A DNA stretch of 64,000 nucleotides from positions 90,520,001 through 90,584,000 of the forward strand of contig NC_091472.1 in the NCBI RefSeq assembly GCF_036971445.1, given 5' to 3'. The notes beneath the pieces were generated by a model. It had not been told where the DNA came from, made no database searches, and saw only the letters and a program-made list of their open reading frames with translations. The position numbers and the translations under genes were made by a program. Position 1 is the stretch's first letter. Each line of letters opens with the position of its first letter. Below are positions 27,701 through 40,455 of the stretch, in pieces. This DNA is from Narcine bancroftii. Lineage: Eukaryota.

Positions 27701-29392
27701 TATTTTAGGCTGTTTAGGGGCACTCAGCAGGGTTGCCCTCTAAGTCTGTTGCTATTTAATTTGGCTCTGGAGCCTTTAGCTATTGCCCTTTGAGTCTCCA
27801 ATAACATTCAAAGTATCAAGAGGGGTGATATGATATACCCGGTTTCATGATATGTGGATGATTTATTACTTTATATTTCTGACCCTAAGAAATCTATTCC
27901 TTTTATGCTTTCCTACTTTCTGAATTTGGTATTTTTTCAGGATACAAATTAAATCTTTATAAAGTGAACTTTTTCCTATTAATAATCAGGAGTATTTATA
28001 TGATCAAATACTCTTTAAAGTGGTTAAGAACCAATTTACTTATTTGGGTATTAGAATTACAAGAAATTTTAAGTATCTGTATAAATATAATGATCTCTTC
28101 CTGATAGAATATACGAAACAAACGCTTTCCAGATGGTCTCCAATGGCGCTATCATTAGTTTGTCGTATTACTTCCTTCATCCCTAAAATATTTTTTGACA
28201 AGGTAGACTCTAAGATATCTTCTTACATTTGGAATAATAAAAATCCTCGATTGAGCAAACCTTTATTGCAGAAACAAAAGAAGGTCGGAGGAATGGCTCT
28301 CCCTAATTTTAGATCTTATTATTGGCTATTAATATCCGATAGATTACCTTTTGAATTTATTATTCAGATGTATATGAATGTCCTTTAAGAGTAGATTTGG
28401 AGAGGAATTCAGGTAGGGGGTACTCATTAGCCTCATTGCTGGGAGCTCCTTTACCCTTTGTGTTATCAAAATTAATAAATGAGATCTTAACCCAGTTCTT
28501 AAGCAGAAAATAAGGATTTGGTTCCCGTTTTGTAATTATTAATGGGTTTAATAATTTTGTTTTATCTAGTAAAATACATCTTAATTTCTTTTTTAAAGAA
28601 TCATTGATTGATCTGTAAGGATCAATATGGAAAACGAAAGGAGTAATAACCTTTTCAGACCTATTTGCAGCAGACTGCTTAATGTCTTTCAATCAGTTAG
28701 CAGACAAATATGATTTGAGCAAGGCACAATTTTTTAGATATTTGCAAATACCTTTGTGCATACATTACTTCCAAATTATACTTTTGCTTACCCATCTAAT
28801 ATGATAGACACCCTTTTTCAGGTGTATCCACTTCAAAAAGGGTTAATAGCTGCAATATATAATATGTTACTTAACTTGCAACCGATATCCAATGATAAAA
28901 TTAAAGGTGCTTGGGAATTGGAATTCCAAGAATTACTTCCGGACAATCAATGGGATCATATTTTTTGACTAGTAAATACTATAATAATTTTTGCCCATCA
29001 TTCCTTGATTCAGTTCAAGGTGGTACATCAGGAACATATGTCTAAAGGTAAGTTGGCCCATATTTTTCCCAATGTAAACCCTGCTTGTGATAGGTGCAAA
29101 GTTGAGGTAGCCAACTTTAACTCATATGCTCTGGTCATGTTCAAAACTAGATCATTTCTGGAAAGGTATCTTCAAAACCTTAACAAAACCTCTAGGATTA
29201 GAATTACAACCAAATATATTAACAGCTATCTTTGGAATTGTACCAGTGGAGACTGTCTCTCAACAGCAAATAATTGCCTTTTCCACATTCCATAATATTG
29301 GTTAGAAAAGCCATATTACTTAAATGGAAGGATCCTAACCCACCCACTTTACTTCAATGGCTCTCTGCTGTCATGTCATGTTTAAGTTTGGA
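24790..29392 (+). mobile_element. Another decayed L1 ORF2 fragment (24790-25356 and 27694-29392), split by an LTR element
   Basis: GKSLGPDGYTVEFFK, LLNVNSKILSKILANRL. The reading ...TNNQ resumes after the insertion as QSLYFRLFRGTQQGCPLSLLLFNLALEPLAIAL; later GGMALPNF and CDRC. Confidence 0.85.
25357..27693 (-). mobile_element. CsRn1-like Gypsy element with two LTRs, gag and integrase, lacking protease, RT and RNase H
   Basis: LTRs at ~25357-25622 and 27446-27693; PBS TGGTGATCCCAACG (27444-27431, tRNA-Trp-like); PPT-like AGTTCTGGGGGG; gag ISVKLPPFW...WCFYHQRWGAQAHKCRQPC; integrase DIVGPLP, ITSDRGTQFTS, TTAYHSQANGL. Confidence 0.9.
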
Positions 29393-29569
29393 AGAGGCTT
29401 GACAGGCCAGATGGCCTACTCCTGCTTCTATTTCTCTAAAGTTCTTTCATTCTGGGTATGGTGAATCCATTTTCCATGCAATAACAGTGTAATTTTGTAA
29501 CCAAACAGGAATTGGGTCACTTTAGTTTCAGTCCAATCACCTTTCACTTTTATGATTCTTTCATAGAAA

Positions 29570-30997
29570 GTCTCCGGCCATATCATTGTTTAACATTGTC
29601 TACAAAATACTGTCCAAAACCATTGCAAATCGAGTCAAGTCTGCTGTTGGACATGTGATCCACCCAGACCAAACCTGTATGGTTCCAGCCAGGAAAATCC
29701 CTGACTGCCTCAGACTTCTCAGAGATACCATCATCTCCATGCAGGACAGGGTGATATACACCTACTTGGTCAGCTTACACTAGGAGAAGGCTTTTGACCG
29801 GATATCACACATGTATATGATGGATGTGCTCTCCAAAATGGGCTTTAAGGAAGGAATCCAAAGCTGATCCACACAGACATCCATAGTGCAGTCCAAATCA
29901 ATGAGAGGGAAACAGTTGGCTTTCCCATCAAGTATGGAGTCAGGCAGGGTTGCCCACTGTCTCCTGTTTTGTTGGCATGCTTCAAAGAACCCTTTGCTGA
30001 ATACATTAGAAAGAAGGAAGGCATCAGAGAAGTGACATTGCCTGGAAGTGGAGGCACTCCAGTCAAAACTTCCCTGTACATGTTGCCGTTTTCTGTCCCA
30101 CGATCGGTCCACAAACTGATTAGCATCTGCAGACATGAGGAGTCTGCATCAGGCGACAGGGTAAATGAGAAGAAGAGCGAGGTAATGCTCTTCAGTAAGT
30201 GGTCTGACCAGTCTGCCATCCCCTTCAGTCAGATCTGACAACCAGAAAGAGTTTGACCTGAGAGATGAGGACTTAATCGATACTGTGGGGTTGTTCCCTG
30301 AGCAGACTGGCGGAGTGCCTCATCGTCAGTGCTCACAAACAAGCGCCAGGACTTGTTCTGGCTGGCGGTGAGAGGAGCCCTGCTGTCAGATCCTTCCTGC
30401 TCAACCAGAACATCACCCATAATGCATGTTGTCCCTGAGATGACTGCAGTGGAGTGGAGACAGTTCCCCACCTCTTTGATGAATACAGATTCAGTAAGAG
30501 TGTATGGAGAAATATATAAGGGTCCTTGTCATGGTTTATCCCCAGCAGCAATATGACAGAAATGCACACAGAGTCAGACACCCAGAACTGCTGGAAGACC
30601 ATCAGCTCAGTGAAAGAAACCCTTTGGTCTGCCTGAAACCTATTGGTCTTTCAGCATACAGAGATGTCAGTGTAGGAATGCTGCTGACTGACACATTCCA
30701 AGCTACAGGAGTACGAGCTGAGGGATGTACTGAACCTTAGTGCAGCCAACACAAGGGCACTGTGGGGAAGGACCACAGTATAGAATCCTTCTGTGACTGG
30801 GCATTAAGGGGTTGAGACTGATGGGGAAACCCTCAAAGAATAGAGGGGGGAGTAACAACAAGGGGTCACTGTGGTGGCAATGGTGTAAATAGATAACAAA
30901 TCTAACCATGTACATTTTTGTTTGTATATGACACCAAGGATGTGAAAAGATTTCTATTTTGTAAATAATTTACTATGAATAAAGACTATTTTGGGGA
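29570..30997 (+). mobile_element. Tx1-clade LINE fragment (RT and 3' end, internally deleted)
   Basis: YKILSKTIANRVKS..VIHPDQTC.VP.RKI.D, GVRQGCPLSP, LTNKRQDLFWLAVRGAL; ends GAATAAAGACTATTTTGG. Confidence 0.8.
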
Positions 30998-31673
30998 AGA
31001 AATATGTACGCATTGCTCATGCAGATCAAGAGGCTGACCGGTGTCCGGCAGCTCCCACCTTTGCTGGCAAAATGCCGGCCGGTCGTTCTGGCTGGTGACT
31101 TCAACTGCATTATTGATGCGGTTGATGACTTGGTGGTGGTGACAGCAGACTGGATGATGTGGCAGTGCCAACGCCAGACTAGTTGGTCCAGCGGTGCTGA
31201 TAGATGACTGGACTGTTGCTCCATACTCCTGATGGAGATAATTAAGGGAATGCACAGCTGTAAAACACCTTCATCAACCTTCCACCTAGTCAAGATCGGA
31301 CGGCCCAACCCAATCTCGATAGACTTCTTCTTTGTGTTGAAGCCTGTCATGGTCATAACCACCAACATCACGCTGATGATCTTCTCTGACCATTGCCTCT
31401 TATGCACCTTCTTTCACCTACAGGAGAACCAAAAGGCAGACAGGGAAATGTGGAGGATGATCGTGAAGCTGCTGACCACAGAGAACATAGAAGAACTAAA
31501 GGAGGAGTTCGATGGTTGGAGAGATGTGGAACCCTTATTTAATTCCCCATTGAACTGGTAGGAAGTGACCAAAAAGAACATCAAGAGGTTCTTTATCATC
31601 AAAGGTACTCGGAGAGCAAAACAGAGGATGAGGGAACTGAATCAATTCCAGACTGACTTGCAGCAGTCCAGAG

Positions 31674-34600
31674 CAGTGGTTTTCAACCTTTTCCTTTCCA
31701 CTCACATACCACTTTAAGTATTCCCTAGGCCATCAGTGCTCTGTGATTAGTAAGGGATTGCTTAAGGTAGTATGTGGGTGTGGTGAATGTCTGCCAAGCT
31801 GCCTGTCTCCCCCCTCTGGCAAGCCTTGCTGTACTAACATTGGGTGTGCATTATTCTCTACTGTTAAGGACACTCCCTTTGGATATAACTGTATATGCAT
31901 CTATTGTCTTTCATTATTGTACCATGAGTTTCTGCTAATAAAAGCCATGATTATTGTTTGACCACATCATCTTTGTCTACTTCATCAACTAGCACTTCAA
32001 TTTTATTAGCAGAAATGGATGCAGCCCTCAGGCCAGAGCGGCTGATAATCGACCCAGTCTACCCAGAGGGCCAGAGAAATTTTCAGCCACTGGATTGCTT
32101 GTTTTGATTACTACATGACTCGAAACAACGTGGTCGATGAGGCGATACAATGGGGCCACCTGAACTCTCTGCTGGGTGAGATCCCTTTCGCAGTAACGCA
32201 AGGAGCTACCACTCTGGCTCTAACCCGGGAATGTCTGTCTGCTTACTATGCAGTGCCATGGAATGTGGTGCTTGCTCAACACCAGTTGCTGACTAGACGC
32301 CAGAAACCCGGGGAAAGTGATGCTGCCTATGCACTGGCTCTCGACTCACTGGCAAATGAATGTGATGTCAGGGCAGTCAATGTGCAACAACACCACAATG
32401 CCTTGAAGCTGGATGCTTTAGTCAATGGGATTGACTCCAGTTATATCCGACAGAGGCTGCTGAAGACGGAGCCCTTAACCTACGACCGGGCAGTCACTCT
32501 AGCCAAAACACTGAGAAGTGCCACGCGGTCCAGTAAAATGCTAGAAACCGAAAAGGAAACATCCAGGAGTCCTGGAACCCCGAAGGAAAGAAAAAGGCAA
32601 ACTCCTGAAAAATGCTACTTCTGTGAGCTGGCACCCCAGACAGAAGTGTCTGGCTCGATTTGCTATCTGCAGCTATTGTGGGAAACTCAGCCACTTTGCT
32701 AAAGCGTGTAAGGCGAAAAGTACTTCCACTGATAAGAAGAAGAAGAGAAGCACCAAGAAAATGCATCCTGGAGCAGCAGGAATGGAAGACACTGTGAAAA
32801 GGGGGAATCTTCAGACGAGCAGGCTGAATCGAATTCAAGTGACGGTGAGGTGAGATCCCCTGTGATAGCTCAATTGACTCCAAAACTTGGGGGATGTTAC
32901 GGACTGGAACGGTCGACTATGAAGGGGGAGGTAATTGGTGAGACTCTTGATTGTCTAATAGACTCAGGGAGTGCTGACAGCTACATCCACGAGAGAGTTG
33001 CCAGAGCCTTAAATTTGAGGAGATATCCAGCGAATCGAAAGATATCGATGGCTTGTAGTGAACTTACAAAAACTGTACGGGACAAGTGTAAAGTTACTTT
33101 AAATTTGCAGGGAGATTGCCTGGCTGATGTGTGGCTCTTTATTATGCCGGAGCTCTGCACCCTTGTGGTACTGGGGTTAGATATTCAATCTCAGATGAAC
33201 AGTGTAGTGTTAAATTTTGGTGGGCCACTACCTAACACTTAAAGATCAAAGCTCCCTCCCTTTTCAGTGATTTATCCCCTGAGTGTCGGCCGATTGCCAC
33301 TAAGAGCCGTTCTTACAGCAAAGAGGATCATGAGTTTATCAAAGCTGAGACCCAGAGATTGCTTAAAGAGGGAGTAATTGAACCCAGTAAGAATCCGTGG
33401 CGAGCCCAGGTGGTAGTTGTGAAAAATCACACTAAGAAATGACTGGCTATTGACTACAGCCAGACAATCAAATGTTACACTAACCTTGATGCCTACCCCC
33501 TGCCACCCATCAATGAAATGGTTAATCAGATAGCGCAATACAAAGTGTACTCCACTATCGACTTCAAAGCAGCTGACCACCAAATCCCCATTGAAAAAAA
33601 AGGAACGACCCTATACAGCCTTTGAGGCTGATGGGGGGTTATACCAGTTTAAAAGGGTACCTTTTGGAGTCACTAATGATGTGTCAGGGTTTCAGAGGGA
33701 AATGGATAAGATTGTTTGGACGTATTAATTACAGGATACGTTTCCCTATCTGGATAATGTCACTCTCTGTGGGAAAACACAGGCTGAGCACGACAACAAC
33801 TTAAAAGAAATTTTTAGCAACAGCTAAAGAACTCAACCTTACATTTAACGAGGGCAAATGTGTGTTCAACGCAGCAGAGCTACCCATTCTGGGCTACATT
33901 GTCTGCAAGGGCGAAATCCGCCCCAACCCAAAAAGAATGGCCCCCCCTTAAGAAGTTACCACCCCCAAACTCAGCAAAAGCTCTTAAAAGGTGTATGGGA
34001 TTCTTTTCCTACTACTGCAAATGGGTTCGGGACTACGCCACGAAGGCACGCCTTCTGTTTGACACTAAATCTTTTCCTCTCTCTCCAATGGCCTTGAAGG
34101 CTTTCGAGAGAATTAAAGCTGATATTGCCAAAGCTGCACTCTCGTCCATTGATGAGGATGTCCTATTTCAAGTGGATACTGATGCCTCAGATTGTGCCTT
34201 GGCAGGAACACTTAATCAAAAGGGCAGATCTGTGGCATTCTTCTCCCGCACGTTATGTGGACCTGAACTTAAACATCTTGCCATTGACAAAGAAGCCAAG
34301 GTTATTATTGAAGTTGTTCGCTACTTTCTAGCTGGCAGAAAATTTACTCTTGTCACTGATCAGAAATCTGTAGCCTACATGTTCAGTACTAAACACAAAA
34401 GTAAAATCAAGAACGATAAGATGGCACATTGGCGAATGGAACTCTCAACTTATAATTATGAAATCCAGTACAGACCGGGCAGGTTAAATGATCCCTCTGA
34501 CGCATTGTCACGATCTGCTGCCAATGCTCAACTGGAGGGGCTAAAAAAGATCCATAGCAAACTGTGCCACCCAGGAGTCACGAGATTCTTCCATTACATA

Positions 34601-36287
34601 AGGGCTAACAACCTTCCTTACTCTCTGAAAGAAGTCAGGAAACTGACTAAAAGCTGCAGAATGCAAACCACAATACTTCAAAGCTCCAGAGGCCACTCTC
34701 ATCAAGGCAACCTGACCTTTTGAGAGGATTAGCTTAGATTTTAAAGGGTCGTTACCTTCCAACAACAAAAATGTATATTTCCTTACTGTAATTGACGAAT
34801 ATTCCAGGTTTCCCTTTGCGATACCCTGACCTGACATCTCGTCAGCATCTGTCATTAAACCACTTGACAGAATTTTCAGCATTTTTGGTTTTCCCAATTA
34901 AATTCATACCGATAGAGGCTCAGCATTCATGAGTGCTGAACTGCAGCGAGCCCTGCTACAAAAAGGGATTGTCACCAACCATACCACGAGCTACAACCCG
35001 CAGGGCAATGGGCAGGTTGAAAGGGCTAATGCTACAGTCTGGAAGACTGTTAATCTTGCTTTAAAAACACATGGTTACCCTGTAACCCGGTGGCAGGAGG
35101 TACTGCCTGAGGCACTACATTCTATTCGGACTTTATTGTGTACTGCAACAAATCAAACACATTATGAACGTATGTTTGCCTTCCCTAGGAAATCAGGAAC
35201 TGTGATGGACTGTCCAGCCTGTTTATCTGAGCCTGGAACCGTGCTGCTGAAGAGCCACTTGGGCGTGTAAAACAGACACCCTAGTCCAATCAGTTCAGGT
35301 ACTGCATATTAACTCCAACTACGCTCATGTTAGATTCCCAGACGGGAGTACGGACACTGTACCCCTAAGAGATCTGGCCTTGCCTGGTTCGTCCCTTCCC
35401 CACACCCCTACTCAGAGTGAGCCTGAGAGGTTGGACTCACCCCACCAGCCTGTGACCCCTAGTCAGCTTTCAGATAGCCATGCTGAGGCTCCACTGCCTC
35501 ACGCTGGCGATTCTGGAGCAGGTCCAGAAGTCATTCCTTCCCACACTACTGACCCAGGACCTGTACCAGTTCCCAAGGTTTCGAAGGAGCCACCTGTTTT
35601 GAGACAAAGCACCAGAATTCATAAACAACCTGATGGGCTGACATATTCATAAAACATCTCATTATATTTCGATTGCTTGCTAGATACTGGCGTATTTTGG
35701 CTGTTAGAGTTTCTCAAGGCCAAACATGGTATCCATGTATCGCTTGCTTCAGTCGTTCCTAGCAGCTGTCCTTTTGATTTTAACCCTTCTTCTGCTGGGG
35801 GGAGCCTGTGGTGAATGTCTGCCAAGCTGCCTGTCTCCCCCACTCTGGCGAGCCTTGCTGTACTAACATTGGCTATGCATTATCTCTACTGTTAAGGACA
35901 CTCCCCTTGGATATAACTGTATATGCATCTATTGTCTTTCATTATTGTACCATGAGTTTCTGCTAATAAAGGCCATGATTATTGTTTGACCACATTCTCT
36001 TTGTCTACTTCATCAACTGGCACTTCAGTGGGTGGAAACAAAAAGTTTGAAAATCAGTTTTAATTGTTCTTAATTGACTCTTTATGTGCACGATTTCATA
36101 ACTCCAAAAGAAATGGGCCAAAGACAATTTTTCTTAAGCAAAATATTTCAGTAACAATTGGGTCTAGAGCAGTGGTTCTCAACCTTCCCACGCACACACT
36201 AAAGTAATCAGTTACTAATCACAGAGCACCGATGGCAGAGGGATTAAAGTGGTACGTGAGTGGAAAGAAAAAGGTTGAGAACCAGTG
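31674..36287. mobile_element. Non-autonomous hAT (Charlie-like) MITE, composite, interrupted by the Gypsy element at 31779-36027
   Basis: Terminal inverted repeats CAGTGGTTTTCAACCTTTTCCTTTCCACTCACATACCACTTTAA and TTAAAGTGGTACGTGAGTGGAAAGAAAAAGGTTGAGAACCAGTG; 8-bp TSD GTCCAGAG (31666-31673) / GTCTAGAG (36288-36295), one mismatch. Confidence 0.85.
31779..36027 (+). mobile_element. Structurally complete Gypsy LTR retrotransposon (4.25 kb), ORFs disrupted
   Basis: 221-bp LTRs at 31779-31999 and 35807-36027 (TGTGG...CTTCA, about ten differences by eye); 5-bp TSD GTGGG (31774-31778, 36028-36032); PPT before the 3' LTR. Gag from ATG 32015 with two Zn knuckles, protease CLIDSGS, RT YLDNV, RNase H TDASD/VTDQ, integrase DFKG/HTDRGS/NGQVERAN, in Gypsy order. 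Confidence 0.95.
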
Positions 36288-39179
36288 GTCTAGAGGGTGG
36301 ATGTGAAGGATGTGAGGGAGGAACTCCAAGAGCTGGAAAACCACATTATTCACTTCAGAGTCCTCCAAGACCATCTTCCGATCTAGAGTCCGTACAGTGG
36401 ATCAGGATGAGACAAGCTTATGCTTCTTATAAAAGGTTCACAGAGGGATCTCTGTATTCCGCAGCCTTAATGAAGAGGTTGGCTTAGTCACATCCTTACA
36501 GATGCCCATACAGAGGATCAGCAGATTCTATTATGCCAGTATGTAACACGAAGGGCACAAACAGCATGGCCTCCCAGAACCTCTCGTCCTCTATCACAGA
36601 GGTCTTAGATGACAGCAAATAGGAAAGCCTTGATCAGCCAATAACCCTGGGGAGATGATAATCTCCATCCATTCCTTTGGATTGAATAAAACACCTGGAA
36701 ATTACAGCTTACTGGGTGAGTTGTACATGACTCTGTGGGACTGACGGGTTTGACCTGCTGTAAGTGTACAGCACTATGCTCCTGGTCGGCAGTATGCCAG
36801 ACTCCATGAGGAAGGGTATCATCACTCTCATCTTAAAATATAAGGGGGAGAAGGAGGATATCAAGAATTAGGAGCCATAACCTTGCTTAATTTGATGACA
36901 AAATTCTGTCCAAAACTATAGCCAATCGAGTTAAGTCTGGCTTGGGAGGTGATTTACCCGGTTCAGGTCAGGAAAATCATCTGATGCCCTTGTGTGCTCA
37001 GGTAGACCATATACCATTGCCTATGTGCAGGACAGGAGGGTAGCCATCTGTGTGGTCACTTTGGACCAGGAGAAGGCTTTAGACTGGATATTGCACCCAT
37101 GATGGAGAAGCTATATGTTTTCCACCCATTGATTTGAACTGCACTATGGATATCTGTACAGAGCAGTTTAATTCAATTTCTGATTTCCTCCCAAAGCCCA
37201 TCTTGGAGAAGACATCTATGATCTTGTTGAATAGTGGAACAGAGTGGTCTACTCCTGCTCCAGTTTGCATATGTCCTTGTGTTAACAGGGTAAGGGTAAA
37301 TTAAATAAAAAATGTGATTTCCTTTTCCTGTATCATGCTGAAACTTTATCTGGCACTTGATACAGCAGTCATTTTGGGAATGTCAAACCAATTAAGTGCA
37401 ATGGCATCAATGCAGTGCAGGGTTGGAGTGTAAGATGAGCATTGTCTCCTGTGAATGAGGAAGCAGGGGAGAGGTATGGAGAACATCAAGGCTAGTGCTG
37501 GCTAAAGGTGAAGTGCCATCGATGTAGGAAGGTGGGACATGGATTGGAATGGAGCCTCCAGGACTGGAGAAACAAGGAAGCTGAGAACATTCAGCAGCAG
37601 GAGAGAGTTGTAGCCACTGCATTTGACAAGGACCTCGTCAGGTTCCAACTGAACTATTCTGAAGGGTGTGATTGGCTGACACATGCTATCAGATAGCAAT
37701 AATAGTTATTTTTCTACTTTTTTTCATGGTTTCGAGCTTTGAGTATGAAAGTTTATTGTCATATGTACAATATCCAGATGCATTGAAATTCTTACTTTTT
37801 GCAGCCACATAAAATATACCAACTATAATAATATAAATTAAAATTGCCACAATATGTCATGAGACAGAAATATGGATGGTAAATACATGGTGCAAAAATG
37901 CAATGCTTTATATGTTTTGTGCAGAAAATATTTGGAATTTCAAGGTGTGGGTTTGGCAGGTGAGGGTTGAGTAGTGTTTGTGATTTTCTATATGTTGCTA
38001 CTTCATTAGCAAATATACAGAGGTAGATCTTTAATTGAATATCCTTTGCAGAACGGAGTCACTCAACTAAACAGCAGTAACTGTTCATGATGCTGAATGA
38101 AGAATCAAACCCTTCTTAGAGGTGCCATTCATGTACACACCCCAGGTTCTATTTTGAAAAGGAAATAGCAATGGAATTAATTAAAATATGCATGAAATTA
38201 TAGAAGTTCAAACCATTTTGAACACAATCAGTTATTTGGACTCTTCATTCACTGAGCTTTCACTGCAAGCACATGGGATGTTTCTGAAGTAACCACCCAG
38301 TAATATCTCAGTGAATCATTTGCACAGTTAGCCTCAGACACATCTACACATACCGTCCTTTCCATTCTGTAACTGTTTTCTTTAAATACATTGCATTTTT
38401 TGAATGCATTGTATTGGGTGTTTAATGAGACCATATTCTTTATTCACTGTTCACATAAAACTTAACAGAGTCCAGTAACCTTTAGGAGGAAAAATGGTTA
38501 TAAACTCACTTTGCATATGTTACATTTGATGCATACCATGAACTTATTTGGAACAGTGTTTCCTTGGGTCTACTTTGGTTGCCCATGGAAGCAGTAGAGG
38601 CGACCTGATTAAATATATTTAAGACACAAATAGATAGATTTCTGTATCATAAAGAGAAATGAGTAAAAGGCAAGTACGTTGCTCTGAGTCCATGGCCTGA
38701 TCGACCATGATCTTATTGAATAGTGGATGTGCTTAATGGGCCAGATGGCTGACTCCTGGTCCTATTTCTTATGTTCTTCACCATCCCCTATTTTAGTACC
38801 TTTGTCCAACTGCCTCTCTGTAGCACCAGGCCTTCTTTTCTGCTTCATCTTTGAAGTCCTTAGGATCTGTTTCTGAGCTATAATTCTACAGTGCTTTTGA
38901 TACAGAACAGCCTCTCTGATACACTGACTCATGCTGGTGCCACACTCTGGCCCATTGGTTTCTCGGATCCCCCTGCTGTTTATTGCAAATATCCTTTCAA
39001 TAACACAGTGCTCCCAATTCAGGTGACTTGATCCAGCTTACTCGCACGATCACTAGCGCATGCTCACAACCTGTCACTATGAAAGGCAGCCGGACCCATC
39101 CCTCCCTCCCAGCCACACAACAGTTTATCTATCCCATACACGGAGGGTCCATTCTTCTTAGGCGCTCAGTGGGACAAAC

Positions 39180-39410
39180 TTTGGCTAGGCCATTTCTGGT
39201 GTATTGGATGCAGCTCTGCTCACCACACAATATGATGAATATGAAGGTTTTGGAGAGATGCAGAAGAGGACGGGAGTGTAGGAAAGGTGGAACAAACTTA
39301 GATTGCTATCTCTGGAGCTCTGGAGGCTGAAGGGTGACCTGATTGAACTTTATAAAATGATGGGAGGCATAAAGGGGATAAAGAGTAAAAATGTTATATA
39401 AGGATAGAAC
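39180..39410 (+). mobile_element. CR1 LINE fragment
   Basis: TLARP.LVYW.QLCSPH and RLKGDLIELYKM remnants; further CR1 3' pieces at ~40500-41050. Confidence 0.55.
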
Positions 39411-39419
39411 TGTCAAATA

Positions 39420-40455
39420 CTCAAAACCCAGCAGCAATAGATATTCACCACAACAAATGGTTACTAAACAAAAAATTGTTTTTAATTATCTTTAAACATG
39501 AAACCAAAATCAAACTTATCACTGTTAACTTAACTAACCTAACTTAACCCCCTCCTAATTCTAAGCACACATGTATGTAATGTGTATGTAAATTTAAGAA
39601 AGTTCTTTGGTTTACAGTCCAATCTCAATTCTCATTCTTCCAAGTTCTCTGGTTGCAGGCAATTCTTATACTGCGCACAGAATTTAACATGTATAAAGTT
39701 CACCAAAAGGTAAATGGTTACCACTCAGGAAGGTTCTTATAGATTTTTTAGAGAGAGATACGTGGTTCCAGGATTTCCACAACTGAGGTACCAGCATTAG
39801 TCACCTCAATGTTGCTGATGAAACTTGTCCCATCAGGGTTCTCCAGATGATAACCTCTTTCTTTCAGGCTACTACAGAGTTCCTTTTTGTTCCACTTTTT
39901 CCAAGAGAAACATCAGACAAGATAGCCCTTCCACCACTCTGAAGCTTCTGTTTCAGTTCCAACAAGCTTCTCCTGGTTTGTAACAGCTTTCTGTGTCACA
40001 CACAGTCAAAGACTCCCTTCTGTCTCTCTCTCTTTGAGTCTCTGAGACTCAAACGCCAGAAAGCCTGTGTGACTCTCTATCTCTCTTGCAAAAAAACCTG
40101 ACTTTCTCCAGCAAACAATAGAAGTCAGTCTTCTGGTTAATCTGTTGTTTTTAGGTAAACAAGAACCCATTCATGATCTTTGAGCACTTCTGTCAAAACC
40201 CTTGCAAAGAGCTATCAATAGACAGGGTGTCTCCTGCTTGTTGCTTTAAAGACAATAGTCCATTCATTTCCACAACTCAGTTCAATCAACATCCACCTGT
40301 GAAATCTCCATAGGCATTCATCACAATTTCTGTAAAGTCACTGTGGATATGAATTCTCCAGAATTTCAAATAAGATCAGTTTTAAAGTGTGTGTATGTAT
40401 GTCAACTACTTTTCCCAATTTATCTCTCAAAAACATCTCCAAATATTCTGTTACA
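39420..40455 (-). mobile_element. Solo LTR (~1 kb)
   Basis: The 39420-39860 portion is the reverse-complement homolog of ~45840-46290; the minus strand begins TGTAAC at 40455. Confidence 0.7.

Larger units (their letters stand above)
31000..37220 (+). mobile_element. Tx1-clade LINE ORF2 fragment (31000-31673 and 36288-37220) hosting the hAT/Gypsy insertion
   Basis: Endonuclease VLAGDFNCIIDA and FSDHCLL on the left; RT start NKTPG, SMRKGIITLI, LDQEKA on the right. Confidence 0.75.

Noticed and set aside
37980-38560. Apparently non-repetitive stretches (also ~42850-43560), considered as exons or conserved enhancers
   Set aside because: No convincing ORF, splice pair or recognisable motif; conservation cannot be judged without alignments.
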